DNA of 64,000 bases from a virus: IMG/VR virus record IMGVR_UViG_3300014202_001519. The stretch is one strand, 5' to 3'. Of the stretch, positions 47,144 through 56,188 are shown piece by piece (within the stretch, counting starts at the first letter, position 1; each line of letters opens with the position of its first letter). The position numbers and the translations under genes were made by a program. A model generated the notes under the pieces. It was given only the letters and a program-made list of their open reading frames with translations. It did not search any database and was not told where the DNA came from.

Positions 47144-47736
47144 GGTTTTCCTTTAATCTTCAACAACATATTCAATTGCCATTTCAATACATCCCCTTTC
47201 TTTACCCATACGCCCTGCTTGCCAGCAGACATAATATCACCGCTACGTTGAACGCTCATATGACTGCCACCTGGATAGTAGTTGTTAATGATACTCATAA
47301 GGCTGTATTCGCCAACCTTGTGTTTTAACAAAGGAATCTTGCAGCCATGCTTGAACTTAACTACTGCCTGCTCGACCATCTGGTTCATGTCTTCTTCGTA
47401 CAAACTATGCATGTTTAGATGGTAATAAGCGTAAATCTTGTCTTCAGCAAAGAACAAATCGCCACGATATAGGTTCATTAAAGGCAATTTGATACTATCG
47501 CCAGCCTGCACAAATTCTGCCGCCCTATCATCTGTAGCCCAAATAATAGGCACTTTATGAGCTTTGCCTTCTTCATCTAAAACCACTGTATCCCTAAATT
47601 CTTTCATTGTCGCTTCATCACAACGACGAAAGAACCTGGAATATCTAAATTTTGGTTCCTCGGCCTTAATGAGATTACCAAGGCCAAAGACGCTCAAGGA
47701 TGCCGCCAACGCCTTCATGAAAAATCTACGATCCAT
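47140..47736 (-). CDS. twin-arginine-like leader fused to a T4 gp15 (tail terminator)-like region
   Basis: MDRRFFMKALAAS..., KVPIIWA, IKLPLMNL and YEEDMNQMVEQ. Confidence 0.55.
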   Translation of the reverse strand: MDRRFFMKALAASLSVFGLGNLIKAEEPKFRYSRFFRRCDEATMKEFRDTVVLDEEGKAHKVPIIWATDDRAAEFVQAGDSIKLPLMNLYRGDLFFAEDKIYAYYHLNMHSLYEEDMNQMVEQAVVKFKHGCKIPLLKHKVGEYSLMSIINNYYPGGSHMSVQRSGDIMSAGKQGVWVKKGDVLKWQLNMLLKIKGKP

Positions 47737-48004
47737 GTTTCAACCCTTTCATTATCTTGTCAGAATGTTCTCGAATTGCTTTCTTGCTCTCTTCCCTACG
47801 TTCAAAGAAACTCTTGCCGTCCTTGCCCCGCTTGCAGTGCATCTGATCTTGATGCTCAGAGCGACACCAAGCAATGAAATTCTTTGCATCTTCTGGCAAA
47901 TCCTTCCCATGCTCGAATATCCATGCTTCGTGCATATATGTCAAGTGTTCATCAGCTATCTCGATCAAGTCAGCCTGATATAACTTCATTGGTCTTTCTT
48001 CCAT
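47726..48004 (-). CDS. hypothetical protein
   Basis: 92-aa ORF. Confidence 0.45.
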   Translation of the reverse strand: MEERPMKLYQADLIEIADEHLTYMHEAWIFEHGKDLPEDAKNFIAWCRSEHQDQMHCKRGKDGKSFFERREESKKAIREHSDKIMKGLKHGS

Positions 48005-48070
48005 ACAGCAGAGTCCTCATCATTTTTAGGGAATCTCAGAATAACACAAAAGTCTTTGTGCCAGGGTCTT

Positions 48071-48289
48071 TTAGACCACAATGATCTTGATAGGGCATAG
48101 AATCACCTTTGAACCTTGAGAAATTAACTCTTGAACAAGTAGTTCGTGATTCTCACCATAATAGAATATATCTGGATTGTTCTGTGCTAATGAATCTACG
48201 TCTATAGAGTCGGGAACATCAAGATAGATTGCTTTATCCTCTTCTTGAATCCCCGTCCATTGTTCCATCGGTTGTATTTTGACTATCAT
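48071..48289 (-). CDS. hypothetical protein
   Basis: 72-aa ORF. Confidence 0.4.
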   Translation of the reverse strand: MIVKIQPMEQWTGIQEEDKAIYLDVPDSIDVDSLAQNNPDIFYYGENHELLVQELISQGSKVILCPIKIIVV

Positions 48290-48596
48290 TCTTTATTTCA
48301 ATCTTTCCATAATGCTTGGCACCCTCTTCTAGTAATTTCTTACCATACTTTGTAAGAATGCCCTTCTGTGGTTTAAAGCTCGCCACATCTATAACAGTTG
48401 GCTTAAAGTCTGGTGGCATAATAGGACAATAGAAATAACCTTCGTCTAAAGTTACCTTTATAGGAATTACCTTATAAGGAACTTTGTCCCTGCATTCCAT
48501 GCAGACGCCGTACATAAACTGCGAACCGTCTTCAAGCTCGCACAAAGGATACACTATTGCGGTTCTGTTGTTACATATCTTGCAAAGTTCATTCAT
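48234..48596 (-). CDS. zinc-finger protein with a gp23-like GYFYCP motif
   Basis: CKIC...CMEC then EGYFYCPIMP. Confidence 0.45.
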   Translation of the reverse strand: MNELCKICNNRTAIVYPLCELEDGSQFMYGVCMECRDKVPYKVIPIKVTLDEGYFYCPIMPPDFKPTVIDVASFKPQKGILTKYGKKLLEEGAKHYGKIEIKNDSQNTTDGTMDGDSRRG

Positions 48597-48638
48597 GCTA
48601 TCAATATAGCGTCAAATCCCCTTAGCTGCAAGATCACA

Positions 48639-51542
48639 TCATGGGCTTACAAAGCTTTGTGACGAAGAGATAACTGGAGTCACACACTTCAAGACGCCAG
48701 ACCACACAAACAAGAACCAACACAGGCAGTCATCTGGAGTATAGGCTGTAACTACATTCGGTGGTCCACTTGGGCCACAATTACAAATTGCGGAGTGAGC
48801 AGGTAAAAATTCAGTCTTCACATGCATCAAGTTTCCAACATTAGGATTGAAGTAACTTGGGAATGGTGGCAATGGCACACCATTCATGAAGAAAAAGTCT
48901 GCATACTGACTCTGTGCGTCACCTACCGCTGTTGCAATTTTAGGCTTCCAGGTATATTTGGTATTCCATGAAACACTGTATTCGTTACTACCGCCAATCG
49001 TATCTGGCTCGCAACCAACACACTTGAGAAGCTTGGCACCATGCCATATTATAATCTCTCTTGTCTCACTCTCAGTAACCGTTCCACTAACTGGAACGCA
49101 ACAATGCTGTCTAGGTCTGGTAATAACCTGTGGACCTGTATCGTATATGACTAGCAACGCAATACCTTGTCCACCACAACAACCTGGGTAGTGAGGTGAA
49201 TCGGAAGCTGCATAAGCAATCGCAGAGCTTGGTTCTACACCTGGAAGCGATATTAAATAAGTACCAGAGCCAGGAACTAAAGCTGTTACATCCTGCCACC
49301 AAACCTTGTTTAGTAAGTTGTTGTCTTCTTCCAAATCACCATGATCGCTACCATCAGCGGAACAGAAAGCTGACCAGCAAGTATTGCCACAACAGCCAAT
49401 AATATCGCCAGGCACCTCTACATCGTTAAATATAGCAGTATCAGGGCAATTGTCAGCACCGCCAATTGTGTTCCAGTATAAATAAGCCTTGATAACAGGC
49501 CCAGGAACAGTAATGGTGATCGGAGCAGGGAATATATTTGTATACTCATCCCTTATACCAACACCTTCAAGCACAAAGTCTACATTTCCAACTACACGAT
49601 CATACTGATAAAGTTGGTCGAATGGTGCTTCTGCGTGACAGGCGTTTGGACCGCAATCACTTGGCTCGCAAATAAGTGGGTAAGTTACACCAACATATAA
49701 GAACCAACACAAACAGTCATCTGGAGTAGCTCCTTCAATGAAATTGGAGCCAGCTTGCATTTCAACCAAATGCTCATTTAAATGCAACAAATTCCCAAAA
49801 TAAGGATTGGCATAACTTCCAGCGGCATTTTGCGGCAATGGATTACCATTCCACGAAAAATTATCACCGTAAAGCGTCTGAGCATCGCCAATGCCTAAAA
49901 CGATTCTAGTACAACCTGTCTGTTCTGCATCTATTGGGCCAACGTCAACCGTATAAGTGTCGGTGCCACCATAAGTGGCTGCTAGTGAGGCTGGAACCAA
50001 AAGAACCGATCCATCAAAGACCTGCAAGTGTTTTAGACCACAAGGCGAATCATAAATAATAAGCAATACAACGCCTTGGCTACCAGCACAACCTGGGAAG
50101 TGTGGTGTATCAGAAGCCAGGAAAGCAATTAACGGATCAAGGATAATATTCGGTATGGTTATAGATGAATTGAAAGTACCGCCCGTTGGTACAGCCGCCT
50201 GTACTTGGGCTGTTACATCGGCACGATATACTTTGTTCTTAATGCCTGGATTGAATCCAGTATCAGCTAGTCCGCAATAATTAGGTGGCGACCAACAGGT
50301 GTCACCAACTGGATCAAATGCTACAGTGTCAACCCCATCTACAGTATAAGGAGTACCATTTAAAATAATGGTATCTGTGGTCACGTTATCATCTGTGATA
50401 ACGTTCCAGTATAGGTAAGCTTCAAGTGGTGCGCCAGGAACGCCAGTGTTGAATACTACTGGCGTACTAGCTATATCTAAGTCTCTAGTGCCCCTGCCAT
50501 TAACTACATAGTCATAATTACCTGTCAAGTCCTTAAAGGCAGCTAGACTGCCAGCGTCAAGCAACACATCATCACAGGCAACCTGTTCTTCACCGCAATA
50601 AACAAACAAAAACCAACATAGGCATTCCGTTCCACCTACAACGCTCATGGTGCCTAGATTACCAGTTTCAAAGGCACAAGCATTGAGAGCAATAGTAGTG
50701 TTTAGTAGATTTGGACCAGTTGGACCACCACCATTAGGATTAATCGCACTGCCGAATGCATTTTGCGGCAAACAGAAACCGTTAAAGCAGAAAGAATCGC
50801 CATAATCAGTTTGTGCATCACCTGCCGCCAATGCTATTTTAGGATTGGTTAAGTAAACGCCAGCATCAAAGTTTACAGTATAGGAAGGAGTGCCACCGAA
50901 AATGCTTCCAGATGGAGCTAATAACTTGGCACCTTCCATCACCTGTATTTCACGATTTATAAGCGTGCCATCATTATAAACAACCAATAACGCAACACCT
51001 TGACTACCAGCACAAGTTGGATAATGTGCTGAATCAGAACCATTAAAAGCAATGCTGTCTATGCCAGTAGCTGTTACGATACCTGGAAGTCTAACAGAAA
51101 AGGTGTTTGAACCAGCTAAAAGCCCCGCTGCAACATCAGTTGTTACATCAGTAGCATAAACTCGATTGTATATATCTTGAAGAGTAGTCGCCCCGTCATT
51201 ACCTGAGCCGTTCCCTTCGGCAAGCCAACAGGCGTCATTACACCAGCCAATCAAGGTTGTTCCTAAAGAAGAAAATCCACCACCATTAACATCAAAATCA
51301 ACAGTTGGGAAGACGACAGGATGTTCTACTAAGATGTTAGTGTAAAGAGTTGCATTAACTATAATAGCGCCAGAGGGGATGGTTAGAGTAATCTCAGCAG
51401 GCGTAATATTTGTGTCGAAATCTCTAGTGCCAGCACCACCTAATACAAAATTCTGGCCTGGGCCACTATATGTGGCGACAGGCGTACTCGATAATAGGTC
51501 AAATAACGGCGCAGGCGGTGGTGTTCCAGGCGTACAAGCCAT
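48639..51542 (-). CDS. 967-aa protein with three ~300-aa Cys-containing repeats (putative surface/virion protein)
   Basis: three copies each of GxRD, AYLYWN-like, QG..LL..Y, GDAQ.xY.D and CLCWFL. Confidence 0.75.
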   Translation of the reverse strand: MACTPGTPPPAPLFDLLSSTPVATYSGPGQNFVLGGAGTRDFDTNITPAEITLTIPSGAIIVNATLYTNILVEHPVVFPTVDFDVNGGGFSSLGTTLIGWCNDACWLAEGNGSGNDGATTLQDIYNRVYATDVTTDVAAGLLAGSNTFSVRLPGIVTATGIDSIAFNGSDSAHYPTCAGSQGVALLVVYNDGTLINREIQVMEGAKLLAPSGSIFGGTPSYTVNFDAGVYLTNPKIALAAGDAQTDYGDSFCFNGFCLPQNAFGSAINPNGGGPTGPNLLNTTIALNACAFETGNLGTMSVVGGTECLCWFLFVYCGEEQVACDDVLLDAGSLAAFKDLTGNYDYVVNGRGTRDLDIASTPVVFNTGVPGAPLEAYLYWNVITDDNVTTDTIILNGTPYTVDGVDTVAFDPVGDTCWSPPNYCGLADTGFNPGIKNKVYRADVTAQVQAAVPTGGTFNSSITIPNIILDPLIAFLASDTPHFPGCAGSQGVVLLIIYDSPCGLKHLQVFDGSVLLVPASLAATYGGTDTYTVDVGPIDAEQTGCTRIVLGIGDAQTLYGDNFSWNGNPLPQNAAGSYANPYFGNLLHLNEHLVEMQAGSNFIEGATPDDCLCWFLYVGVTYPLICEPSDCGPNACHAEAPFDQLYQYDRVVGNVDFVLEGVGIRDEYTNIFPAPITITVPGPVIKAYLYWNTIGGADNCPDTAIFNDVEVPGDIIGCCGNTCWSAFCSADGSDHGDLEEDNNLLNKVWWQDVTALVPGSGTYLISLPGVEPSSAIAYAASDSPHYPGCCGGQGIALLVIYDTGPQVITRPRQHCCVPVSGTVTESETREIIIWHGAKLLKCVGCEPDTIGGSNEYSVSWNTKYTWKPKIATAVGDAQSQYADFFFMNGVPLPPFPSYFNPNVGNLMHVKTEFLPAHSAICNCGPSGPPNVVTAYTPDDCLCWFLFVWSGVLKCVTPVISSSQSFVSP

Positions 51543-51571
51543 AATCCTCCAAGGTTTTATTAAATGCTACT

Positions 51572-51826
51572 TTATATAGAATAGTCTGGTATATATTCAT
51601 CTGGTAATGGACATTGGTATAAAATTTTCCCTGGCTCTGGAACCCACCCATGCAGATACCAGCCGTAAATTTGGCCATAATTGAAAACAGTAAGGGGAGT
51701 CACCAGGACTCCCCTTGTCTGACATTCGTTAATGGTAGCCTCCACCATCTTCCAATTTTCCTCAAGAGTAAACCTCGGATCACGATGAATACTCACTTTT
51801 GGCACCAGACTCATTGCTTCCTTCAT
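51572..51826 (-). CDS. hypothetical protein
   Basis: 84-aa ORF. Confidence 0.45.
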   Translation of the reverse strand: MKEAMSLVPKVSIHRDPRFTLEENWKMVEATINECQTRGVLVTPLTVFNYGQIYGWYLHGWVPEPGKILYQCPLPDEYIPDYSI

Positions 51827-51827
51827 A

Positions 51828-52205
51828 TTAATAAAGCTTTAGTTCTTTAGTGATTTCGTCAACTTTTAACGCTTCATGCGGTCCAATGGCGCAACACGTC
51901 CTTGTTGGCACCCCATCAAACTCAGTTTTACCACTATCTGTTACCAAATAAGCAGTAAGACCTTTCTCCCTAGCCTTATTAAACACCTCTAATAAAGCTG
52001 CTTCGCTATCAACCTGGAGCGTAACTTTGGTAAAAGTGCCTGTCATCCACTGAGTTTCTTCGTCAGTGAGCATGATTTTTGTGTATAAATACCGCTGTAG
52101 GCGCTCACTCAACCACATCATGGCTGCGTGAGCGCCCTGTGCGATTTCCTTACCCCGCCGCATCTTCAGGTCGCGGCGAATCACTATTACCTGCTTTACG
52201 CTCAC
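51828..52205 (-). CDS. pth2: peptidyl-tRNA hydrolase, Pth2 family
   Basis: KQVIVIRRDLKMRRGKEIAQGAHA, KVTL, DSGKTE and TCCAIGP. Confidence 0.93.
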   Translation of the reverse strand: MSVKQVIVIRRDLKMRRGKEIAQGAHAAMMWLSERLQRYLYTKIMLTDEETQWMTGTFTKVTLQVDSEAALLEVFNKAREKGLTAYLVTDSGKTEFDGVPTRTCCAIGPHEALKVDEITKELKLY

Positions 52206-52515
52206 GATAACACCTCATGTCTGGATAGTCTAAATAATACTTTCCATCGTCTGTTTCGATGAAATGGCCATCCAGCAGCTTAATCTTCAAGTCATGATGG
52301 CGAATCTTATAATCCTTAAAGATTGTGCCACCTTTTTCATTTCTCTTATGTTTGCCGTTTTCGTCATATTCATATATGCGAAAGGCAACTATGGTATCCT
52401 TACACTCAACAATCTCATTACCGTGTCGATTTTTCTTGCCCGTTGGAACGGCTGTAGAAAAATCGGGGTAAATAAGAAGAAATCCTTCCGTACCTGCTGC
52501 ATCAAACTCTTTCAT
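52150..52515 (-). CDS. hypothetical protein
   Basis: 121-aa ORF. Confidence 0.5.
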   Translation of the reverse strand: MKEFDAAGTEGFLLIYPDFSTAVPTGKKNRHGNEIVECKDTIVAFRIYEYDENGKHKRNEKGGTIFKDYKIRHHDLKIKLLDGHFIETDDGKYYLDYPDMRCYRERKAGNSDSPRPEDAAG

Positions 52516-52769
52516 GATGATTGCGTAGCACTTTCGCTACACGATAACGAGGTTTTCTGCTCTGCTTCCAACTTTTTAATCAGTCTGTCTACAACACTTA
52601 CACAAGAGCTATAGCCAATGTCTATTCCGACTGATTTCTCATAACACCCTGGAACGTAATCGCCATACTTCACACGCATGTCTTTTTGAAATTTGTGTTC
52701 TCTGGTAATCTCTCTACGCCATTTGCGGCGGAACTTACGCAGAGTGTCAATAATTTCTTGTGTTTCCAT
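52512..52769 (-). CDS. hypothetical protein
   Basis: 85-aa ORF with 4-nt overlap. Confidence 0.45.
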   Translation of the reverse strand: METQEIIDTLRKFRRKWRREITREHKFQKDMRVKYGDYVPGCYEKSVGIDIGYSSCVSVVDRLIKKLEAEQKTSLSCSESATQSS

Positions 52770-52771
52770 TG

Positions 52772-53047
52772 TTATCTCGGTATTACGTCATTCTTGTCTA
52801 ACCGATCCGCTGTAGTCCGCATCAACTTAATGCAGTCTTCGCGGTTCGCATTACTTACATACTGTGTAATCTTTGACTCATCACAAAGCAATAGCACAAA
52901 CAAACATTTCCCATTCTTTGATGGGCCAGGAGGCAACACGCTCTCCGTTGCCCGTGCGAGCAAATTGCAATACTCTCGCAATTCAGGCTCAGTCATATCT
53001 TTTAGTAATTTCATACAACTTTCCATGTTATGCTCGCCCGATGCCAC
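52772..53047 (-). CDS. hypothetical protein
   Basis: YVSNANREDCIKLMR. Confidence 0.5.
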   Translation of the reverse strand: MASGEHNMESCMKLLKDMTEPELREYCNLLARATESVLPPGPSKNGKCLFVLLLCDESKITQYVSNANREDCIKLMRTTADRLDKNDVIPR

Positions 53048-53194
53048 TTATGACAATAACCACAACGATAAGTGGTCATACCCTTTTGGGCAGCTTCTTC
53101 CTCAGAATCAAATCCCACCTTCCTATCACAAGCTCTATGCTTCCGATAGGCTTTGGCGGCTTGTCTGGAAAATTGCTTGTACTTATTCATGGAG

Positions 53195-53266
53195 TGGGCC
53201 TGCCTGGATTCGAACCAGGAACCAAGGTTTTATGAGAACCCTGCTCTGCCGTTGAGCTACAGGCCC
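53195..53266 (-). tRNA. tRNA(CAT), probably Ile2 (lysidine-modified)
   Basis: GGGCCTG-TA-GCTC AACGGCA GAGC-A-GGGTT CTCATAA AACCT-TGGTT-CCTGG TTCGAAT CCAGG-CAGGCCC-A; C4:G69 and C5:G68 match TilS determinants. Confidence 0.88.
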
Positions 53267-53505
53267 GCTTCATCTAAATCCATCGGGGCTTGCCCCACAT
53301 CAGCCTCTTTAAGACGTTCATTATCCATCTTATGATTCAGAACTACAACCTTATTAATACCACTCTGTTCGTTGAACAACCACCCACGAATACATTCCAA
53401 CACCTTTTCAGGATCGTCCGTTTCATAGGTATTCAGTGGGAAAATCTGCCCAATTGAGTCAGCATCATTCTTGACGTAGTGTGCATTAATTGTGTAGTTT
53501 TTCAT
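53257..53505 (-). CDS. hypothetical protein
   Basis: 82-aa ORF. Confidence 0.4.
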   Translation of the reverse strand: MKNYTINAHYVKNDADSIGQIFPLNTYETDDPEKVLECIRGWLFNEQSGINKVVVLNHKMDNERLKEADVGQAPMDLDEAGL

Positions 53506-53774
53506 ATTCGCTTCGGCGTCAGATGAATTTTTTCTTTCCTGCTACCACTATCATTAGAAAACTCTACATAAACGTCGAAATTAGGCCCGTCTATAACACT
53601 TGTTTCCCTTAGATAATCAAAATCATCATCGACTTCAAACTCAAATGATGTTTGGTTGGTAAGGTCATAGACTCTAGGCTTATAAGCAACCCAACCATCA
53701 CTTAATTCGATGGTCAGTTTGACATGCTTGAGACGTTTTGCAGATGGTTGTGGTATTTCAACTATATATTTCAT
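53502..53774 (-). CDS. hypothetical protein
   Basis: 90-aa ORF. Confidence 0.45.
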   Translation of the reverse strand: MKYIVEIPQPSAKRLKHVKLTIELSDGWVAYKPRVYDLTNQTSFEFEVDDDFDYLRETSVIDGPNFDVYVEFSNDSGSRKEKIHLTPKRI

Positions 53775-53974
53775 AGGTATTTAGATAAGATATCTCGAAT
53801 CTTACCCTTCAATGCATTCCAAGGACTAGCGTTGAGTTCTTCTTCTATCTCAGAAACCATTTCCTGATAGTCTTGGACTATAGAAATTAGTTCTTCATTA
53901 GTCAATTCAGTCAATTGCTTCTGCATAAAAATGGGGAGCGTAGTAATGCGAGTCACTACGCTCCCCGCCCCCAA
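53771..53974 (-). CDS. hypothetical protein
   Basis: 67-aa ORF; start uncertain. Confidence 0.35.
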   Translation of the reverse strand: MGAGSVVTRITTLPIFMQKQLTELTNEELISIVQDYQEMVSEIEEELNASPWNALKGKIRDILSKYL

Positions 53975-53977
53975 CTT

Positions 53978-54787
53978 TTAGGCAACCTTCTTCAATTCCT
54001 TGAAGATTTCGGTCAAGGAACGCTGGTCAGGCTGCTGTGCCAGAACAGGAGTCTGGATGCCATGCTTGATAGCATAACCCCTGAATTGCTGTTCATTATT
54101 CAGGATCATGAGGTATCTCATGATTAAGCTATCGGTTGGTGGGAAACCACCTTGTAGGACCACACACAATCGCTCTGTTAGTTTACCACTGTCATAGACA
54201 TTGGTAAACGCACTTCCTGGGAAGATTTGGTACATCAAGCCGCTTTTTGCCCTAACCGAGACAGAGCCTCGTCGGACAAAATCCTTGAACTTATCTTCAC
54301 CAAGAACCCTACGCAACGTCTCCCGTGCCCGTTGCTCACGCACATCACTGGCATAACCCAATGGTACGCGATTAGTAAGCACACCTGGAGCCATTCTGTG
54401 ATGCAGAATGTCCTTGAGACGTTCCGCCGCAGACTTTTGTGGTGAAAGCCATAGGGCGGTATTACCATAAGTATAAGTAACGGTATCCGCACCACCACGA
54501 TAAACTCGCAGCGTATAGCCGCCTGTTGGCTCATATCGCCACGTTGTCGGCATATCCAGCGTTGCATACTCGGAGTATTGCATTTCAATAACTGTGGAAG
54601 CAGCAGTGCTGTTTGCCCAATTATTGGCTGGATAAGTATTACTTGTGGCGGTCGGCCATTGTTGAATGCGATACTGTATTCCGCCAGTAGTCACATTGCC
54701 ATCAGTTATAGTATTGGTATTAGTGTCTACATTACAATAGACACTTGTTCCCTCGCCATAACTGATTGTGGGACAATATCCTACCAT
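53978..54787 (-). CDS. hypothetical protein (low-complexity N-terminus; C-terminal domain with RLC motif)
   Basis: EQRARETLRRVLG...MYQIFPG...RLCVVL.GGFPPTD. Confidence 0.6.
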   Translation of the reverse strand: MVGYCPTISYGEGTSVYCNVDTNTNTITDGNVTTGGIQYRIQQWPTATSNTYPANNWANSTAASTVIEMQYSEYATLDMPTTWRYEPTGGYTLRVYRGGADTVTYTYGNTALWLSPQKSAAERLKDILHHRMAPGVLTNRVPLGYASDVREQRARETLRRVLGEDKFKDFVRRGSVSVRAKSGLMYQIFPGSAFTNVYDSGKLTERLCVVLQGGFPPTDSLIMRYLMILNNEQQFRGYAIKHGIQTPVLAQQPDQRSLTEIFKELKKVA

Positions 54788-54789
54788 TG

Positions 54790-55152
54790 TTAACCTCCTG
54801 CCACTTGGTTAATTGGCATGAAGATAACTTCTTCGGCTTCAGGATCAAATTCATCCATCACTTCTGCCGAAGCTCTGCCGTCAGTGCCTACACGATAAGG
54901 CACTAGACCCTTGGCAACGCATTCATCAAACATTGCCTTGGCATCTTCAATCTGATCCATGTCGCGGGAGTCCCATACGACACGCTTATCCCCATCCTTG
55001 GGAGTAAGGATACGAAAACAGCGTTCCCACCTACTTGTCTTCTCACCATCCTTGAGAAACCGAAGTCTCTCAGGTTTAGTGATAGTGTCCTTGAGGTTGC
55101 TGTTCTTGATAAGCGCAACTTCAATTTCATTTTCGGCAATTGCAGTCGCCAT
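54790..55152 (-). CDS. hypothetical protein ending in di-glycine
   Basis: GDKRVVWD...EFDPEAEEVIFMPINQVAGG-stop. Confidence 0.6.
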   Translation of the reverse strand: MATAIAENEIEVALIKNSNLKDTITKPERLRFLKDGEKTSRWERCFRILTPKDGDKRVVWDSRDMDQIEDAKAMFDECVAKGLVPYRVGTDGRASAEVMDEFDPEAEEVIFMPINQVAGG

Positions 55153-55799
55153 TACTTCTTTCCTTTCGGTTTGGATTTCTTGGCAGCCTTCCTATTCGCT
55201 GCCTTGACGATATCGGCGGGCACTAAAGAAAATGCATTACCTTCTTGGCTAAATTCATCAAGGAATGCGTTCCATTCATCAAGGAATGCTTCAAAATCAT
55301 CGTGTAGGTCGCCATGAATGCCAGCGACTTCACTGCATAAGTCGGACATTACACAGTCGATTTGCTCTTGAACATCTTTGCCAATTCCACCGCAATCTTT
55401 GGGATTAAGCAACGTGCCGCTGCATTCGGTGCCGAAAACATCGCAAACGGATTGCGACCAACGATTTTGCAGCAGTTCGTCAAACAAGATGGGAGTTATA
55501 TCCACGTCCATTTTGACGCGGAGAGTGACGCTCTTAGTCTTGTTACAGCGGGCGGCAAGCTTATCGAACTTCTTCCTTAATTCTTCGATGCGGCCAAGGT
55601 ACTTCCCGCCACCCTTTTCACACTTAATCCATTCCTTTTTAGCTTCGCTAGCTTCGTTGGCCTTACGGCTTTCGATAGCAGCCTTAACATCACTGTCAAG
55701 GCTAAGCAACTCGGTGTAGGTCAAAGCTTTTAGATCAGTAGTCATAGCGGTAGTTCCTTTCAAAAAGTTATTCGCCTTCAGCACGTCCGTAAATTTCAA
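55152..55799 (-). CDS. hypothetical protein
   Basis: 215 aa with basic tail. Confidence 0.5.
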   Translation of the reverse strand: MKFTDVLKANNFLKGTTAMTTDLKALTYTELLSLDSDVKAAIESRKANEASEAKKEWIKCEKGGGKYLGRIEELRKKFDKLAARCNKTKSVTLRVKMDVDITPILFDELLQNRWSQSVCDVFGTECSGTLLNPKDCGGIGKDVQEQIDCVMSDLCSEVAGIHGDLHDDFEAFLDEWNAFLDEFSQEGNAFSLVPADIVKAANRKAAKKSKPKGKK

Positions 55800-56127
55800 T
55801 CCAGCGTTCGCGGAAAAAGTTATCCCTGGCTAGGTCTTCGCTGGACCTGATAATTGCACCATCCCTTGCATGGGACGTTTTCTGCATTTTTTTAGTTATT
55901 GGTTCTTTGCTACAAGCGGATTTAAGGGGCATGATATCTTCTACAGGGTCGCCATTAGAAAAACGGCCATCTTCTACAATTTGACCCTTTTTGATACAGC
56001 GTTGGTGTCTATGATGGCACATTGGGCATTCAACCCAAACTGTCCTATCATATTCCATATTAAGACGGAATCGGATATAAGTTTGGCATTCGCCACAATA
56101 CCATTCTTGAAAAATCTTATCGTCCAT
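55768..56127 (-). CDS. zinc-ribbon hypothetical protein
   Basis: CGEC...CPMC; probable start MDDKIF. Confidence 0.5.
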   Translation of the reverse strand: MDDKIFQEWYCGECQTYIRFRLNMEYDRTVWVECPMCHHRHQRCIKKGQIVEDGRFSNGDPVEDIMPLKSACSKEPITKKMQKTSHARDGAIIRSSEDLARDNFFRERWIEIYGRAEGE

Positions 56128-56141
56128 CTTTGCTCCAGTTA

Positions 56142-56173
56142 TAAATCCACCCCTGTTGCCAGGGGTGGATTTA
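56142..56173. terminator. 14-bp hairpin
   Basis: taaatccacccctg-ttgc-caggggtggattta. Confidence 0.6.
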
Positions 56174-56188
56174 CCTTTCCCCTGGCAA

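Noticed and set aside
53195-53266. Initiator tRNA-fMet
   Set aside because: The 1:72 pair is Watson-Crick G:C, and the anticodon stem lacks three consecutive G:C pairs next to the loop.
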